From: Verrucomicrobiia bacterium | GTDB taxonomy: Bacteria > Verrucomicrobiota > Verrucomicrobiia > Limisphaerales > UBA1319 | Assembly (NCBI GenBank): GCA_963664225.1 | Contig: OY760937.1 | Coordinates: 1,504,001-1,568,000, forward strand | Direction of reading: 5' to 3' | DNA: 64,000 nucleotides | Shown: positions 48,234 to 57,577 of the stretch, one piece after another | Position numbering within the stretch: position 1 is the first letter of the stretch | Layout: the number at the start of each line of letters is the position of its first letter | Translations under genes and position numbers: made by a program | The notes under the pieces: model-generated | Database searches by the model: none | The model's input: the letters and a program-made list of their open reading frames with translations, nothing else | Told to the model about the DNA's origin: nothing

Positions 48234-51200
48234 ATGCTTAAAGGCATCATCGATTTTTCGCTCAAGAATAAGTTCATCGTCCTGCTGGGAACGATCCTAC
48301 TCGTGATGGGCGGGCTTTACGCGCTCAAGAACATCCCGCTGGATGCCATCCCTGACCAATCCGACGTGCAGGTCATCGTCTATACCGAGTGGCCCGGTCA
48401 GGCGCCGCAGATCGTCCAGGATCAGGTCACCTATCCGCTCACCACCAAGATGCTCTCGGTGCCCAAGGCAAAAGTGGTGCGCGGCTATTCGTTCTACGGC
48501 TTCTCGTTTGTGTATGTCATTTTTGAGGACGGCACGGATCCCTACTGGGCCCGCAGCCGGGTGCTCGAATACCTGAGCGGCTTGAGCGGACGCCTGCCCG
48601 CCGGTGTCTCCCCAAGTCTCGGACCGGACGCCACCGGCGTGGGCTGGGCGTTCATGTATTCGATCAACTCGACGAACCGGGATCTGGCCGAACTGCGCTC
48701 CATGCAGGACTGGTATCTGCGTTACCAGCTCGCCTCTGTGGAAGGAGTGGCGGAAGTCGCCTCCGTCGGCGGCTTCGTAAAGCAATATCAGGTGACTGTC
48801 GATCCGACCAAATTGCGCGCCTATAACCTTTCCATCTCCGAAGTGGCCATGGCCGTCAAACGCAGCAACGGCGAGGTGGGTGGACGTTCCATCGAACTCT
48901 CGGAAAAAGAGTTCATCCTCCGCGTGCGTGGCTACATCGAAAAACTTGATGACCTGCGAAAAGTCGCCGTGGGTGTCGGCGATAAAGGGGTTCCAATTTT
49001 GTTGGGTCAGGTCGCCAATGTGGAACTGGGCCCGGATATGCGGCGGGGCATCGCTGAACTCAACGGAGAAGGGGAAACGGTCGCTGGCGTGGTCGTCGTG
49101 CGCTACGGAGCCAATGCCCGGCAGGTGATTCTCGACGTGAAGAAGCGGCTGGATGAGGCCATGAAGGGATTGCCTGCAGATGTCAAATACACCGTCGTCT
49201 ATGACCGAAGCGCGCTCATCCAGCGCGCCGTAAAAACACTCGAAGAAAAGCTCATTGAGGAAAGCATCGTCGTGGCGCTTGTTTGCATCGCCTTCCTCAT
49301 GCACCTGCGCAGCGCCTTTGTGGCGATCCTGATTTTACCCATCGCCGTGCTGATGTCCTTCCTCGTCATGTTCGGCCAGGGCATCAGTTCCAACATCATG
49401 TCCTTGGGTGGCATTGCCATTGCCATTGGCGCGATGGTGGATGCCGTGATCATCATGATCGAAAATGCCCACAAGCACATGGAGCACGATCAGGGCAAAA
49501 AACCTCACTGGGACATCATCCGCGATGCCTCGATCGAAGTGGGGCCGACATTGTTCTACTCGCTGCTGGTGATCACGGTATCGTTCATTCCGGTGTTCAC
49601 GCTCCAGGCTCAGGAGGGGCGCCTATTCAAGCCGCTGGCCTTCACGAAGACCTATTCCATGGGAGCGGCGGCCTTGCTCTCCATCACCCTCGCGCCGATT
49701 CTCATGGGCTTCTTCATCCGCGGTAAGATTCCGGCCGAGGAGAAAAATCCCATCAACCGTTTTCTCATCTGGCTCTACCATCCGGTGATCGATTTCGTCA
49801 TCAAATGGCGCTGGCCGGTGGTCTTCTCTGCCGCCGCCCTCATCGTTTGGGTGTTTCTCCCCTGGAACATGATTGTGGCGAAGGTGCTCCCCGACGGCAA
49901 AGCCAAGGAGTGGGCCTTCAAGGTGGGGAGGATTTTCCCATACCAGAACCTCGGTTCGGAATACATGCCCCCAATGTACGAGGGAGACCTTCTCTACATG
50001 CCCACGACCTTTCCGGGCATCTCGCCAACAAAGGCCCGTGAAATCCTCCAGACGACCGACCGCATGATCCGCCGCTTTCCAGAGGTGCACCATGTTTTCG
50101 GCAAGGTCGGCCGCGCTGAGAGCGCCACTGACCCCGCACCATTCGACATGGTGGAAACCACCGTCATGCTCAAGCCCGAGGAAGAATGGCCGGTGGTCGA
50201 TATCAAGGACGATGCCGGCAATGTCATTGCCCACCGGCGTCGCACTCCAGACGAGCTCATCGACGCGATGAACGCCGCTGTTCAAATCCCGGGCCTCAAC
50301 AACGCGTGGACCATGCCCATCAAGACGCGTATCGACATGCTTGCGACGGGCATCAAGACTCCTGTCGGCATCAAGATCGCCGGACCCAACCTGGCCGAAT
50401 TGGAGCGTGTGGCCTCGGAGGTTGAAGCCGTGGTTAAGGGCGTTCCCGGCACGCTGAGCGCCTTTGCAGAGCGCACCATGGGCGGCAATTATATCGAGTT
50501 CAACATCGATCGCGATGCCATTGCCCGCTACGGCCTGACCGTGGGCGATGTTCAGGACGTGTTGGAGGTCGCCCTGGGAGGCATGCCTTTGACCACCACG
50601 GTGGAGGGCCTCGAACGCTATGCCGTCAACCTCCGCTACAGCCGCGATTTCCGGGAGAACCTTGGTGCCTTGCGTGAAATCGTCGTGCCCACTCCGACCG
50701 GAGCGCAGATTCCCCTGGGACAGCTCGCCAAAATCGAAACCGTCCATGCCCCCATGGGCATCAAGAGCGAGGGAGCCGTTCCCAATGCCTGGATCTATGT
50801 CGATGTCAAAGGCATCGACATCGGCACCTACGTCCAGATGGCCATGCGCGCGGTCAACGAAGCGACGGCCAATGGGACGATCAAATTGCCCAGCGGCTAC
50901 AACATCTTCTGGAGTGGCCAATACGAATACATGCTCCGGTCCCAGCAGCGCCTGATGATCGTGGTGCCGCTCACACTCCTGCTCATCGTCCTGATCATTT
51001 ATCTGAACACACGCTCAGCCATCAAAACCGCCATCGTCATGCTGGCCGTGCCGTTCTCCCTGGTGGGAGCCATCGGCATCCTGGCGCTCCTTCACTACAA
51101 CCTGAGTGTGGCGGTATGGGTTGGAATCATCGCCCTGGCCGGCCTAGATGCCGAAACCGGCGTGGTCATGCTCCTGTACCTGGACCTTGCGTTCGACGAT

Positions 51201-51518
51201 TCGAAAAAGAAGGGTCTGATGCGCAATGTCACCGATTTGCGGGACGCCATTTATCATGGCGCCGTCAAACGCGTTCGCCCCAAGGCCATGACGGCCTGTG
51301 TGATCATCGCCGGATTGGCACCCATCCTCTGGAGCCATGGCAGCGGGGCCGACGTCATGAAACGCATCGCCACCCCCATGGTTGGGGGCGTGGTCACCTC
51401 CACCATGATGGAACTGCTGGTCTATCCCGCCATCTATTTTCTGTGGCGGTCGCATGGCATCCGACGCCTGCCGCCGTCTGAGACCGCCGGTCAGCCAGAT
51501 CCAAAGCCGCTTGCATGA
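48234..51518 (+). CDS. cusA: CusA/SilA-type heavy-metal RND permease (Cu/Ag clade)
   Basis: PLDAIPDQSDVQVI, GPDATGVGW, NIMSLGGIAIAIGAMVD, GSEYMP..EGDLLYMP, WTMPIKTRIDML. Confidence 0.93.
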   Translation: MLKGIIDFSLKNKFIVLLGTILLVMGGLYALKNIPLDAIPDQSDVQVIVYTEWPGQAPQIVQDQVTYPLTTKMLSVPKAKVVRGYSFYGFSFVYVIFEDGTDPYWARSRVLEYLSGLSGRLPAGVSPSLGPDATGVGWAFMYSINSTNRDLAELRSMQDWYLRYQLASVEGVAEVASVGGFVKQYQVTVDPTKLRAYNLSISEVAMAVKRSNGEVGGRSIELSEKEFILRVRGYIEKLDDLRKVAVGVGDKGVPILLGQVANVELGPDMRRGIAELNGEGETVAGVVVVRYGANARQVILDVKKRLDEAMKGLPADVKYTVVYDRSALIQRAVKTLEEKLIEESIVVALVCIAFLMHLRSAFVAILILPIAVLMSFLVMFGQGISSNIMSLGGIAIAIGAMVDAVIIMIENAHKHMEHDQGKKPHWDIIRDASIEVGPTLFYSLLVITVSFIPVFTLQAQEGRLFKPLAFTKTYSMGAAALLSITLAPILMGFFIRGKIPAEEKNPINRFLIWLYHPVIDFVIKWRWPVVFSAAALIVWVFLPWNMIVAKVLPDGKAKEWAFKVGRIFPYQNLGSEYMPPMYEGDLLYMPTTFPGISPTKAREILQTTDRMIRRFPEVHHVFGKVGRAESATDPAPFDMVETTVMLKPEEEWPVVDIKDDAGNVIAHRRRTPDELIDAMNAAVQIPGLNNAWTMPIKTRIDMLATGIKTPVGIKIAGPNLAELERVASEVEAVVKGVPGTLSAFAERTMGGNYIEFNIDRDAIARYGLTVGDVQDVLEVALGGMPLTTTVEGLERYAVNLRYSRDFRENLGALREIVVPTPTGAQIPLGQLAKIETVHAPMGIKSEGAVPNAWIYVDVKGIDIGTYVQMAMRAVNEATANGTIKLPSGYNIFWSGQYEYMLRSQQRLMIVVPLTLLLIVLIIYLNTRSAIKTAIVMLAVPFSLVGAIGILALLHYNLSVAVWVGIIALAGLDAETGVVMLLYLDLAFDDSKKKGLMRNVTDLRDAIYHGAVKRVRPKAMTACVIIAGLAPILWSHGSGADVMKRIATPMVGGVVTSTMMELLVYPAIYFLWRSHGIRRLPPSETAGQPDPKPLA

Positions 51519-51588
51519 TGAACCACGAAAGTCGATGGAAGCACCGTACGACAAGCCCTGAGCGTGTCGCATGGCCGCGGCAAAAACG

Positions 51589-51614
51589 TGAGGGATTCTT
51601 TGTTGGGCAGCGTA
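51589..51614 (+). promoter_or_regulatory. Putative ECF sigma promoter TGAGGGAT-N13-GCGTA (autoregulatory)
   Basis: Upstream of the anti-sigma/sensor/sigma triplet. Confidence 0.7.
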
Positions 51615-51788
51615 GTGTAACATTAGAGTGTGGTATGACGACTGGAGCCAGACCAAAAAGACAGAATCATAAGCACGAAGTGCATGAAGAACGAGCACGC
51701 GAAACCGAATATGTCAGCACGATTTCTCGCGACCTGGGAATTGGGCGTTGAATGTTGAACGCGAAAAGGTCATAGGATTGCTTGCAGT

Positions 51789-52136
51789 ATGAATCTGAAT
51801 CAAAATCCAAAAAATGATGAGGACCTTCGCGCCGTATTGCGTGAATGGGTTGTGGACACTTCGCTGCCATCTCGTTTTCAGGACCGGGTTTGGCAGCGGA
51901 TTGAGCAGGCTGAAACACGTCCGGAATCCAGGTTTTGGGCACAATTAGCCAGTCTGGTAGAAACCACCCTGCCCCATCCGAAAATCGCCTTTTCCTATTT
52001 TGCGAGCCTTTTGGTATTGGGAATCCTGGCCGGTTCTATGACGGCCCAGGTGAAAAGCAATCGCCTCAATTCAGACCTGAGCACGCGCTACGTCCAGTCA
52101 GTGGATCCTTACCAGAAAGATTTTTCTCAACCATGA
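51789..52136 (+). CDS. Putative single-TM anti-sigma factor (CnrY-like position)
   Basis: LREW..LPSRFQDRVWQRIE, one TM, YVQSVDPY; 4-nt overlap with the sensor gene. Confidence 0.7.
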   Translation: MNLNQNPKNDEDLRAVLREWVVDTSLPSRFQDRVWQRIEQAETRPESRFWAQLASLVETTLPHPKIAFSYFASLLVLGILAGSMTAQVKSNRLNSDLSTRYVQSVDPYQKDFSQP

Positions 52137-52636
52137 AAAAGGGCGGATTAATCTTGTTGTCAGGCCTTTTGCTGGGCATCGCGGCCTTCTCAGGATTCTA
52201 TTATCTGGGAATGGCTCCGTGCCGAAACATGATGCAGGAGCCTCAACCGGAACTGGCCTGGCTGAAGAAGGAATTCAATCTCAACGAAGCTGAGTTCGCT
52301 CGCATCACACAATTGCATGAGGCCTACCTGCCCCAATGCGCCGAGCGATGCCGGCTCATCGAAGAGCAGAATGGGAAACTTAAGGCCCTGCTCCTCAGGG
52401 ATTCCACCATGACCCCTGAAATCCAGAGCCTGTTGACTGCGCGAGCCAAGACCCGGGCGCAATGTGAAGGGGAGATGCTGAAACACTTTCAGAATGTCAG
52501 CCGCGCAATGCCTTTTGAACAAGGCCGCCGCTACCTGGCATGGGTCCAGGCACAAACGGTGTTACAGGCCCAACCCATGGAAAGCCGCCACAAAATGCAA
52601 GGTGCCAACCCGATGATCGAAGATCCTCCCCGGTAA
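52133..52636 (+). CDS. Periplasmic heavy-metal sensor (CnrX/NccX-like)
   Basis: N-terminal TM, ELAWLKKEFNLNEAEFARITQLHEAY, MLKHF..AMPFEQGRRYL; ATG 52133 chosen. Confidence 0.75.
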   Translation: MKKGGLILLSGLLLGIAAFSGFYYLGMAPCRNMMQEPQPELAWLKKEFNLNEAEFARITQLHEAYLPQCAERCRLIEEQNGKLKALLLRDSTMTPEIQSLLTARAKTRAQCEGEMLKHFQNVSRAMPFEQGRRYLAWVQAQTVLQAQPMESRHKMQGANPMIEDPPR

Positions 52637-52645
52637 TGCCGCACC

Positions 52646-53239
52646 ATGAATGTCACCAAATCCGATGAGCAGGATACGCTGGACATGCAACAGTTGGCCC
52701 AAGGCAACAATCAGGCCCTCAATGACCTGATGGACAGGCACTCTGAGAAACTCTACCATTACCTGTTGCGATCCCTGCAGGACGAGGCCGATGCTGGCGA
52801 TCTGGCCCAGGAGACATTCGTCAAGATTTACCAAAATCGCGCGAAATTCGATCCGCGGCAGAAATTTACAACCTGGCTTTATGCCATTGCCAGCAACCTC
52901 GTGCGTGACCGATATCGGTGGCGGTCACGTCACCCGCAGGTTTCTCTCGACGCCGATAACGAGCAAACCGAATCCAGTCTTAAAGATACCCTGAGCGCTG
53001 TCGATCCGCCTCCCGATCAAAGGGTGCAAGCCGAAGAACGCGCCGGGGCGGTGCGAAAAGCGGTGGATGCCTTGCCCGACGAACTGAAACAGCCTTTGAT
53101 CCTGGCCATTTATCAGGATTTACCCCAGCTTGAAATCGCGGCCATCTTGAGTTGTTCGGTAAAGGCGGTCGAGATGCGCCTCTACAGGGCGCGACAACAA
53201 TTACGCACAGAACTAGCCGGCTTAATGGCGACCCTTTGA
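52646..53239 (+). CDS. ECF sigma-70 factor (CnrH-like)
   Basis: DAGDLAQETFVKIY, FTTWLYAIASN, EIAAILSCSVKAVEMRLYRARQQL. Confidence 0.9.
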   Translation: MNVTKSDEQDTLDMQQLAQGNNQALNDLMDRHSEKLYHYLLRSLQDEADAGDLAQETFVKIYQNRAKFDPRQKFTTWLYAIASNLVRDRYRWRSRHPQVSLDADNEQTESSLKDTLSAVDPPPDQRVQAEERAGAVRKAVDALPDELKQPLILAIYQDLPQLEIAAILSCSVKAVEMRLYRARQQLRTELAGLMATL

Positions 53240-53263
53240 CCACGACAAATCAAAAACACTGAA

Positions 53264-53518
53264 ATGAAACTGAATCAAATGAAAAGAACATCGTTAATAA
53301 AGATCACTGCACTTGCGGCCGTCACCGTGATTGCCAGCCTGGCCCTGGCAGGCTGCACCGGTTCCCCTCAAAAAGACACGACCGAGCCATCGACTACTCA
53401 GTCGACTCAAAAAAGTGAGCACGCCGTGCAATACACATGCTCCATGCATCCGGAGATTGTACAGGACAAACCGGGCGATTGTCCCAAGTGCGGAATGAAA
53501 CTGGTTGAAAAGCGTTAA
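53264..53518 (+). CDS. Small lipoprotein with a single heavy-metal-binding module
   Basis: Lipobox LAGC; YTCSMHPEIVQDKPGDCPKCGMKLV. Confidence 0.85.
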   Translation: MKLNQMKRTSLIKITALAAVTVIASLALAGCTGSPQKDTTEPSTTQSTQKSEHAVQYTCSMHPEIVQDKPGDCPKCGMKLVEKR

Positions 53519-54000
53519 GTCGCGCACATCGGAACAATCCATTTACGGTTCAGCCTTGTTTGAAAACGACCGGAGCACCGATCCGGTTATGACCATATTT
53601 TCAATTAGACTTGCCCTTTAGGCTTGATGCCGTCGCCTGTTAAAGCCTCAAATCGCTTCATCGTCGGCCACGAATCCCCAATAAAACACCGACATTGAAA
53701 TCAACGGAACCTCACAGACCTCCGCGATGTTCTTTGATTTGTCAGACAGCTTTTACAGGAATTGTGATCTCACGAATTGGTTACTGGAATCGACGTTCTG
53801 GTCCCACGACATCACACCAGCATCTGTACGGTTACGACGCCTGTTGTTTTGTTGGAAAATTGACTCCGATCCTGCAATAGGTATTTGAAAATCAAGGAGG
53901 TGTCTTTGTGTGATTTGACAGCAGTGCGTATTGGGCTGAGTTTGTTAAGTTGTATTGATATGGCTTATAAGCCACCCGCATATGACATCAGGACATAGTT

Positions 54001-54990
54001 ATGAATATGAGACGCATTCGAATGTATGGAACGCTCGTGGCGTTCATGTTATTGGCGGGAACATACAACCCCCTGGCACAAAGTTGGATGACCAACGGTT
54101 TGATTGCTCATTACCCGATGCACGGCAACGCCAATGATGCAAGCGGCTACGGAATGGATGGAACAATGACTGGCGCACCGGCGATGACCACCAACCGTTT
54201 TGGCGGATTCGGTGACGCTTTCGGTTTTCAGGGTGGAATGGACGCGATCATGTTGACCAACCTGAACGTGAACATGATCACGAATGGTCAGAACACTGTT
54301 TGTCTTTGGATGCGATGGGATGGTGGCGCTGATGGGATTACGAATCCGGTTGCCATGCCCTTTGGCTGGGGGGACACAAACGAGAATTATTGCCTGCTCT
54401 TCCAGCGCGCAGGAACGGGTCGCTTTGGCTTCAGCGATGGCATGGGGGATGTTTATGGAACGAACTACGGCTCCATGTTATCCAATCATTGGGTCCATGT
54501 GGCCGCCGTCTTCAACAACGGCGACATGATGAACTCCGGGCTTTATATCAACGGTCAGCGGGTGGGTGGATCGATGACGGCTGGCGGAATGCCGATGGGC
54601 ATGGGAATGGGGATGATGGTCCGGCGAAGCGCGAGTCCGATGGCCTTCCTTGGTGGATTTGGCGATCAGGATTCGGTTCCTTATCACTTCTTTGGCGCAA
54701 TGAGCGACGTGCGCATATACAACCGTTCCCTCACCGACACGGAAATTGCCGCCCTGTTTCAGATGGATGCCGCCCCCTCCATGCGGATGATGGCAGGATC
54801 TGAAGAAGGCACTGAAAATGTGGAGTTCAATTCAATGATGATGGACTGGCATTTTCAGATGCAGTTTTCCGACGACCTGTTGCACTGGACCAACTATTCA
54901 AATATGTTTGAGCCTAGCTCGGGCACAATGGTGCGCACTATTAACACAACAACCTCCAACATGTTCTGGCGATTGATGGGCAATCCCTGA
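54001..54990 (+). CDS. Met-rich LamG-domain exported protein with C-terminal FWRL domain
   Basis: GLIAHYPMHGNANDASG, WVHVAAVF, GAMSDVRIYNRSL; about 39 Met in 329 aa by hand count. Confidence 0.85.
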   Translation: MNMRRIRMYGTLVAFMLLAGTYNPLAQSWMTNGLIAHYPMHGNANDASGYGMDGTMTGAPAMTTNRFGGFGDAFGFQGGMDAIMLTNLNVNMITNGQNTVCLWMRWDGGADGITNPVAMPFGWGDTNENYCLLFQRAGTGRFGFSDGMGDVYGTNYGSMLSNHWVHVAAVFNNGDMMNSGLYINGQRVGGSMTAGGMPMGMGMGMMVRRSASPMAFLGGFGDQDSVPYHFFGAMSDVRIYNRSLTDTEIAALFQMDAAPSMRMMAGSEEGTENVEFNSMMMDWHFQMQFSDDLLHWTNYSNMFEPSSGTMVRTINTTTSNMFWRLMGNP

Positions 54991-55286
54991 GCGGTTCTCC
55001 GCCAAGCCGTTGTGGGAGTCCCAATCCGTCGTTTCGCGAACAGCCTTGAACGGAACAGAAGACAATATGCAAACGGTTTTTGCAGACGAATGCGGGGCGG
55101 CCAACACCTGATCACTCTGCAATTACTCGTTGAGTTGACGCATAAAAGCAGACCTTATTTGGCGAACCAATACTCACAAAGGGACAAGCGCGAAGGAGCA
55201 TTTGTATTTTTGCGCCCCTTGGATTATAAATAGCAAAGGAGGATACGAAGAACATCTAAAAACCAAACAATGCGAAAATCCTATCT

Positions 55287-55736
55287 ATGAAAACAACGAA
55301 ACTAATCTCCAGTTGTCTGACACTCTCAGCCTTCCTAATTACAGTTACCGCTGCGGTCTGGCTGTCCGGAACCGTCCGGGCCGAAGAAATGAAATCCATG
55401 AAAGGCGCAGAACACCTGATGATGCTCAATGCCATCACCACTCCCGAACAGGTCGAGGCGCTCAAGCCAGGTGACACCATCGCCATGGCCTGTCCCAAGT
55501 GCAAAACGATCATCGTTGAAAAAGTGACAACGGAAAAGGGACACATCACCACGATGACTCCGGGTGAGGTGCATCTGTGCTCCGGTTGTCAGTCCAGCAT
55601 CGTGACGGTTGGCACCGGCAAAACCGCGCATAACGAACTGAAACACGTTTGTAAGAAATGTGGCAGCGACACAGTCTTCTGCTGCGCCACCACGAAGGAC
55701 GCCCCGCCGACGAAGGGCATGGAGACCGAAAAGTAA
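55287..55736 (+). CDS. Exported Cys/His-rich putative metal-binding protein
   Basis: Signal peptide; CPKC, HLCSGC, HVCKKC, FCC. Confidence 0.75.
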   Translation: MKTTKLISSCLTLSAFLITVTAAVWLSGTVRAEEMKSMKGAEHLMMLNAITTPEQVEALKPGDTIAMACPKCKTIIVEKVTTEKGHITTMTPGEVHLCSGCQSSIVTVGTGKTAHNELKHVCKKCGSDTVFCCATTKDAPPTKGMETEK

Positions 55737-55758
55737 TTCAACCGAAGACTTCGTTCGC

Positions 55759-55792
55759 AAGCGGTCAGGAGGGAATTCCTCCAGCCGCTTTT
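55759..55792. terminator. Hairpin between convergent genes, probable intrinsic terminator
   Basis: AAGCGG tca GGAGG gaatt CCTCC ag CCGCTT followed by TT. Confidence 0.55.
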
Positions 55793-55807
55793 GTATTGCG
55801 AGAACCA

Positions 55808-56914
55808 TCACTGCATCAAGTGCTTGAATCCTTGCATGGCGATGAATAATCCAATCAATGTCATTAACGCGCAACTGGCATACGGCAATTTGCGCGCAAA
55901 CTCCCCGAAACCTTTAAAATGTTTGCTGGCGTGGCGGACGGAAAAGGCGGCAACCGATCCGACGGTGACAAGCGTGATGGCCAATCCCACGCTGAATGCC
56001 ATTACCAGGGCAAAACCCAGGGTGTAACGCTTCAATTGAAGGCAGATCAGCAGCACCGCAAATGCGGATGGACAAGGCAGCAATCCGCCAGTCAATCCAA
56101 ACAGAATGAGTTGGCCGGTCGTCACCTGCCGATTCTCGAAGCGATTCTTTAATTCGACGGCATGCTCCCTTTCGTGTTCATCTTGATACTCAGGCGAAGC
56201 ACCGTGTTGTGAATGATGATGATCTTCCTCGAATTTGGCGTGGTAAGAGATGCCAGGCCTTTTGAGGACCACCTCGAACTCGTGCGGTTCGGGAATGTTG
56301 GAGGTGGATTGGAGATAATCTTGCTTTGAGATAAACTCGAACAATTGTTTGGTCCCATCGGGCCGGGAGGTTTCTAAATGGACAGTGTCGGCATCGGGTG
56401 CCAAAAGCACTTGATTCCCCTGATCGAAAAAATAGAGCCGAAAAGAGGGCATCACGCCTGTTTCAAAAACGCTGATTTCCATCTGCTCATTCGCGCCGGT
56501 CTGCAACAACGGCCCGCCATGTATTCCTCGTGGTCCATGATCGTGGGTGTGATGAGGAGATTCCTTTGCAGATTGTTGCACCCTGATGCTGCGGGCTAAC
56601 ATCCACGCCGCCATGCCGATCACAATCACTCCAGTCGCCAGTTGGAAATAGGGCTCGGTGGTTTCAACATCGAACCGCCCTGAATAATGCAGTCCGATAA
56701 ACGCGAGGACCCAAATGATTGCCGTATGCGAAACGGTGGCAGACAAACCAAGCAGCATCGCCTGGGTTAAGGTGCCTCGAATGGCGACGATGAACGCTGC
56801 CATCATCGTTTTACTATGGCCTGGCTCCAAACCGTGCAGGATGCCCAGAAGAATCGCGGCGGGAATGAAAAGCCACGCATTGCCCTGGGCCAGGTAATCG
56901 GAAAAGGAGTTCAT
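55808..56914 (-). CDS. rcnA: Nickel/cobalt efflux transporter RcnA
   Basis: LHGLEPGHSKTMMAAFIVAIRG, His-rich loop with inserted beta domain, GLTGGLLPCPSA; ATG 56914 chosen. Confidence 0.92.
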   Translation of the reverse strand: MNSFSDYLAQGNAWLFIPAAILLGILHGLEPGHSKTMMAAFIVAIRGTLTQAMLLGLSATVSHTAIIWVLAFIGLHYSGRFDVETTEPYFQLATGVIVIGMAAWMLARSIRVQQSAKESPHHTHDHGPRGIHGGPLLQTGANEQMEISVFETGVMPSFRLYFFDQGNQVLLAPDADTVHLETSRPDGTKQLFEFISKQDYLQSTSNIPEPHEFEVVLKRPGISYHAKFEEDHHHSQHGASPEYQDEHEREHAVELKNRFENRQVTTGQLILFGLTGGLLPCPSAFAVLLICLQLKRYTLGFALVMAFSVGLAITLVTVGSVAAFSVRHASKHFKGFGEFARKLPYASCALMTLIGLFIAMQGFKHLMQ

Positions 56915-56985
56915 GAAGTTTTTGTCTTTCCAGCGCGGACTTGCGCTCGAACGATTCTTAAAGGCGATGATAAAAATGGCTTCGT

Positions 56986-57264
56986 CTAGCGGAGATATGT
57001 TTTTACCGCATCGATTACCTCTTGCGCTGCCTGCGTTTGCGCCGGGGTGGCATTCGTGTCGGGGTCTACCACATGATGCCGGATGTGGCCTTCGAGAAGC
57101 TCTGCCATGAGGCCGTTCATTGCGCCCCGGCAAGCCACGGTAAGGTGCAATGCTTCAGAGCAGCCTGCTTCGTTCTCCAGAAGCTTTTCGAGTGCTTCCA
57201 CCTGCCCCCGGATGCGACGGACGCGCAGGAGCAGCTTCTTTTTGTCGTGAATGGTATGCGCCAT
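56986..57264 (-). CDS. rcnR: RcnR/FrmR/CsoR-family metal-sensing repressor
   Basis: MAHTIHDKKKLLLRVRRIRGQVEAL..C..RGAMNGLMAELLEGHIRHH; ATG 57264 chosen. Confidence 0.9.
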   Translation of the reverse strand: MAHTIHDKKKLLLRVRRIRGQVEALEKLLENEAGCSEALHLTVACRGAMNGLMAELLEGHIRHHVVDPDTNATPAQTQAAQEVIDAVKTYLR

Positions 57265-57300
57265 AGTCGTCAATTTGTTCTTGTTTGCATCATCTGGCAC

Positions 57301-57322
57301 ATACCATACCCCGGTATGGTAT
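57301..57322. promoter_or_regulatory. RcnR/CsoR-type operator palindrome
   Basis: ATACCATACC-cc-GGTATGGTAT, perfect 10-bp arms around a C tract, 37 nt upstream of rcnR. Confidence 0.8.
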
Positions 57323-57577
57323 AGTCGTCAATCAAATCCACCGACGCGCACAACTGCAAATCATTATCCTCAGCACGTCTCCGCAGAAGGAATAACTCAG
57401 GCTGGGCGTGAAAAGGGAACACTCCACGCACTCAGAACATGAAAGACGACCCACTGCATAGCCACGGTTTGTTCGGGAGCGGAAGAGCCAGTATTACGGT
57501 TGGCCGGATTCATCGCGACAGCCTTTCAGACGAGGAGTTTGAACGCTTGTTCGTGTGCATCGGGAACACGTCGCCAG

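Noticed and set aside
49623..50921. 432-aa minus-strand ORF (also 48297-49304)
   Set aside because: Antisense shadow of cusA, expected from high-GC codon bias; no recognisable motifs
53905..53932. Fourth ECF promoter upstream of the Met-rich LamG gene (TGTGTGAT..GCGTA)
   Set aside because: Spacing is 11 rather than 13 and the -35 box is mismatched
56915..57133. N-terminal extension of rcnA in the ORF track
   Set aside because: Overlaps rcnR in another frame; RcnA similarity begins at ATG 56914
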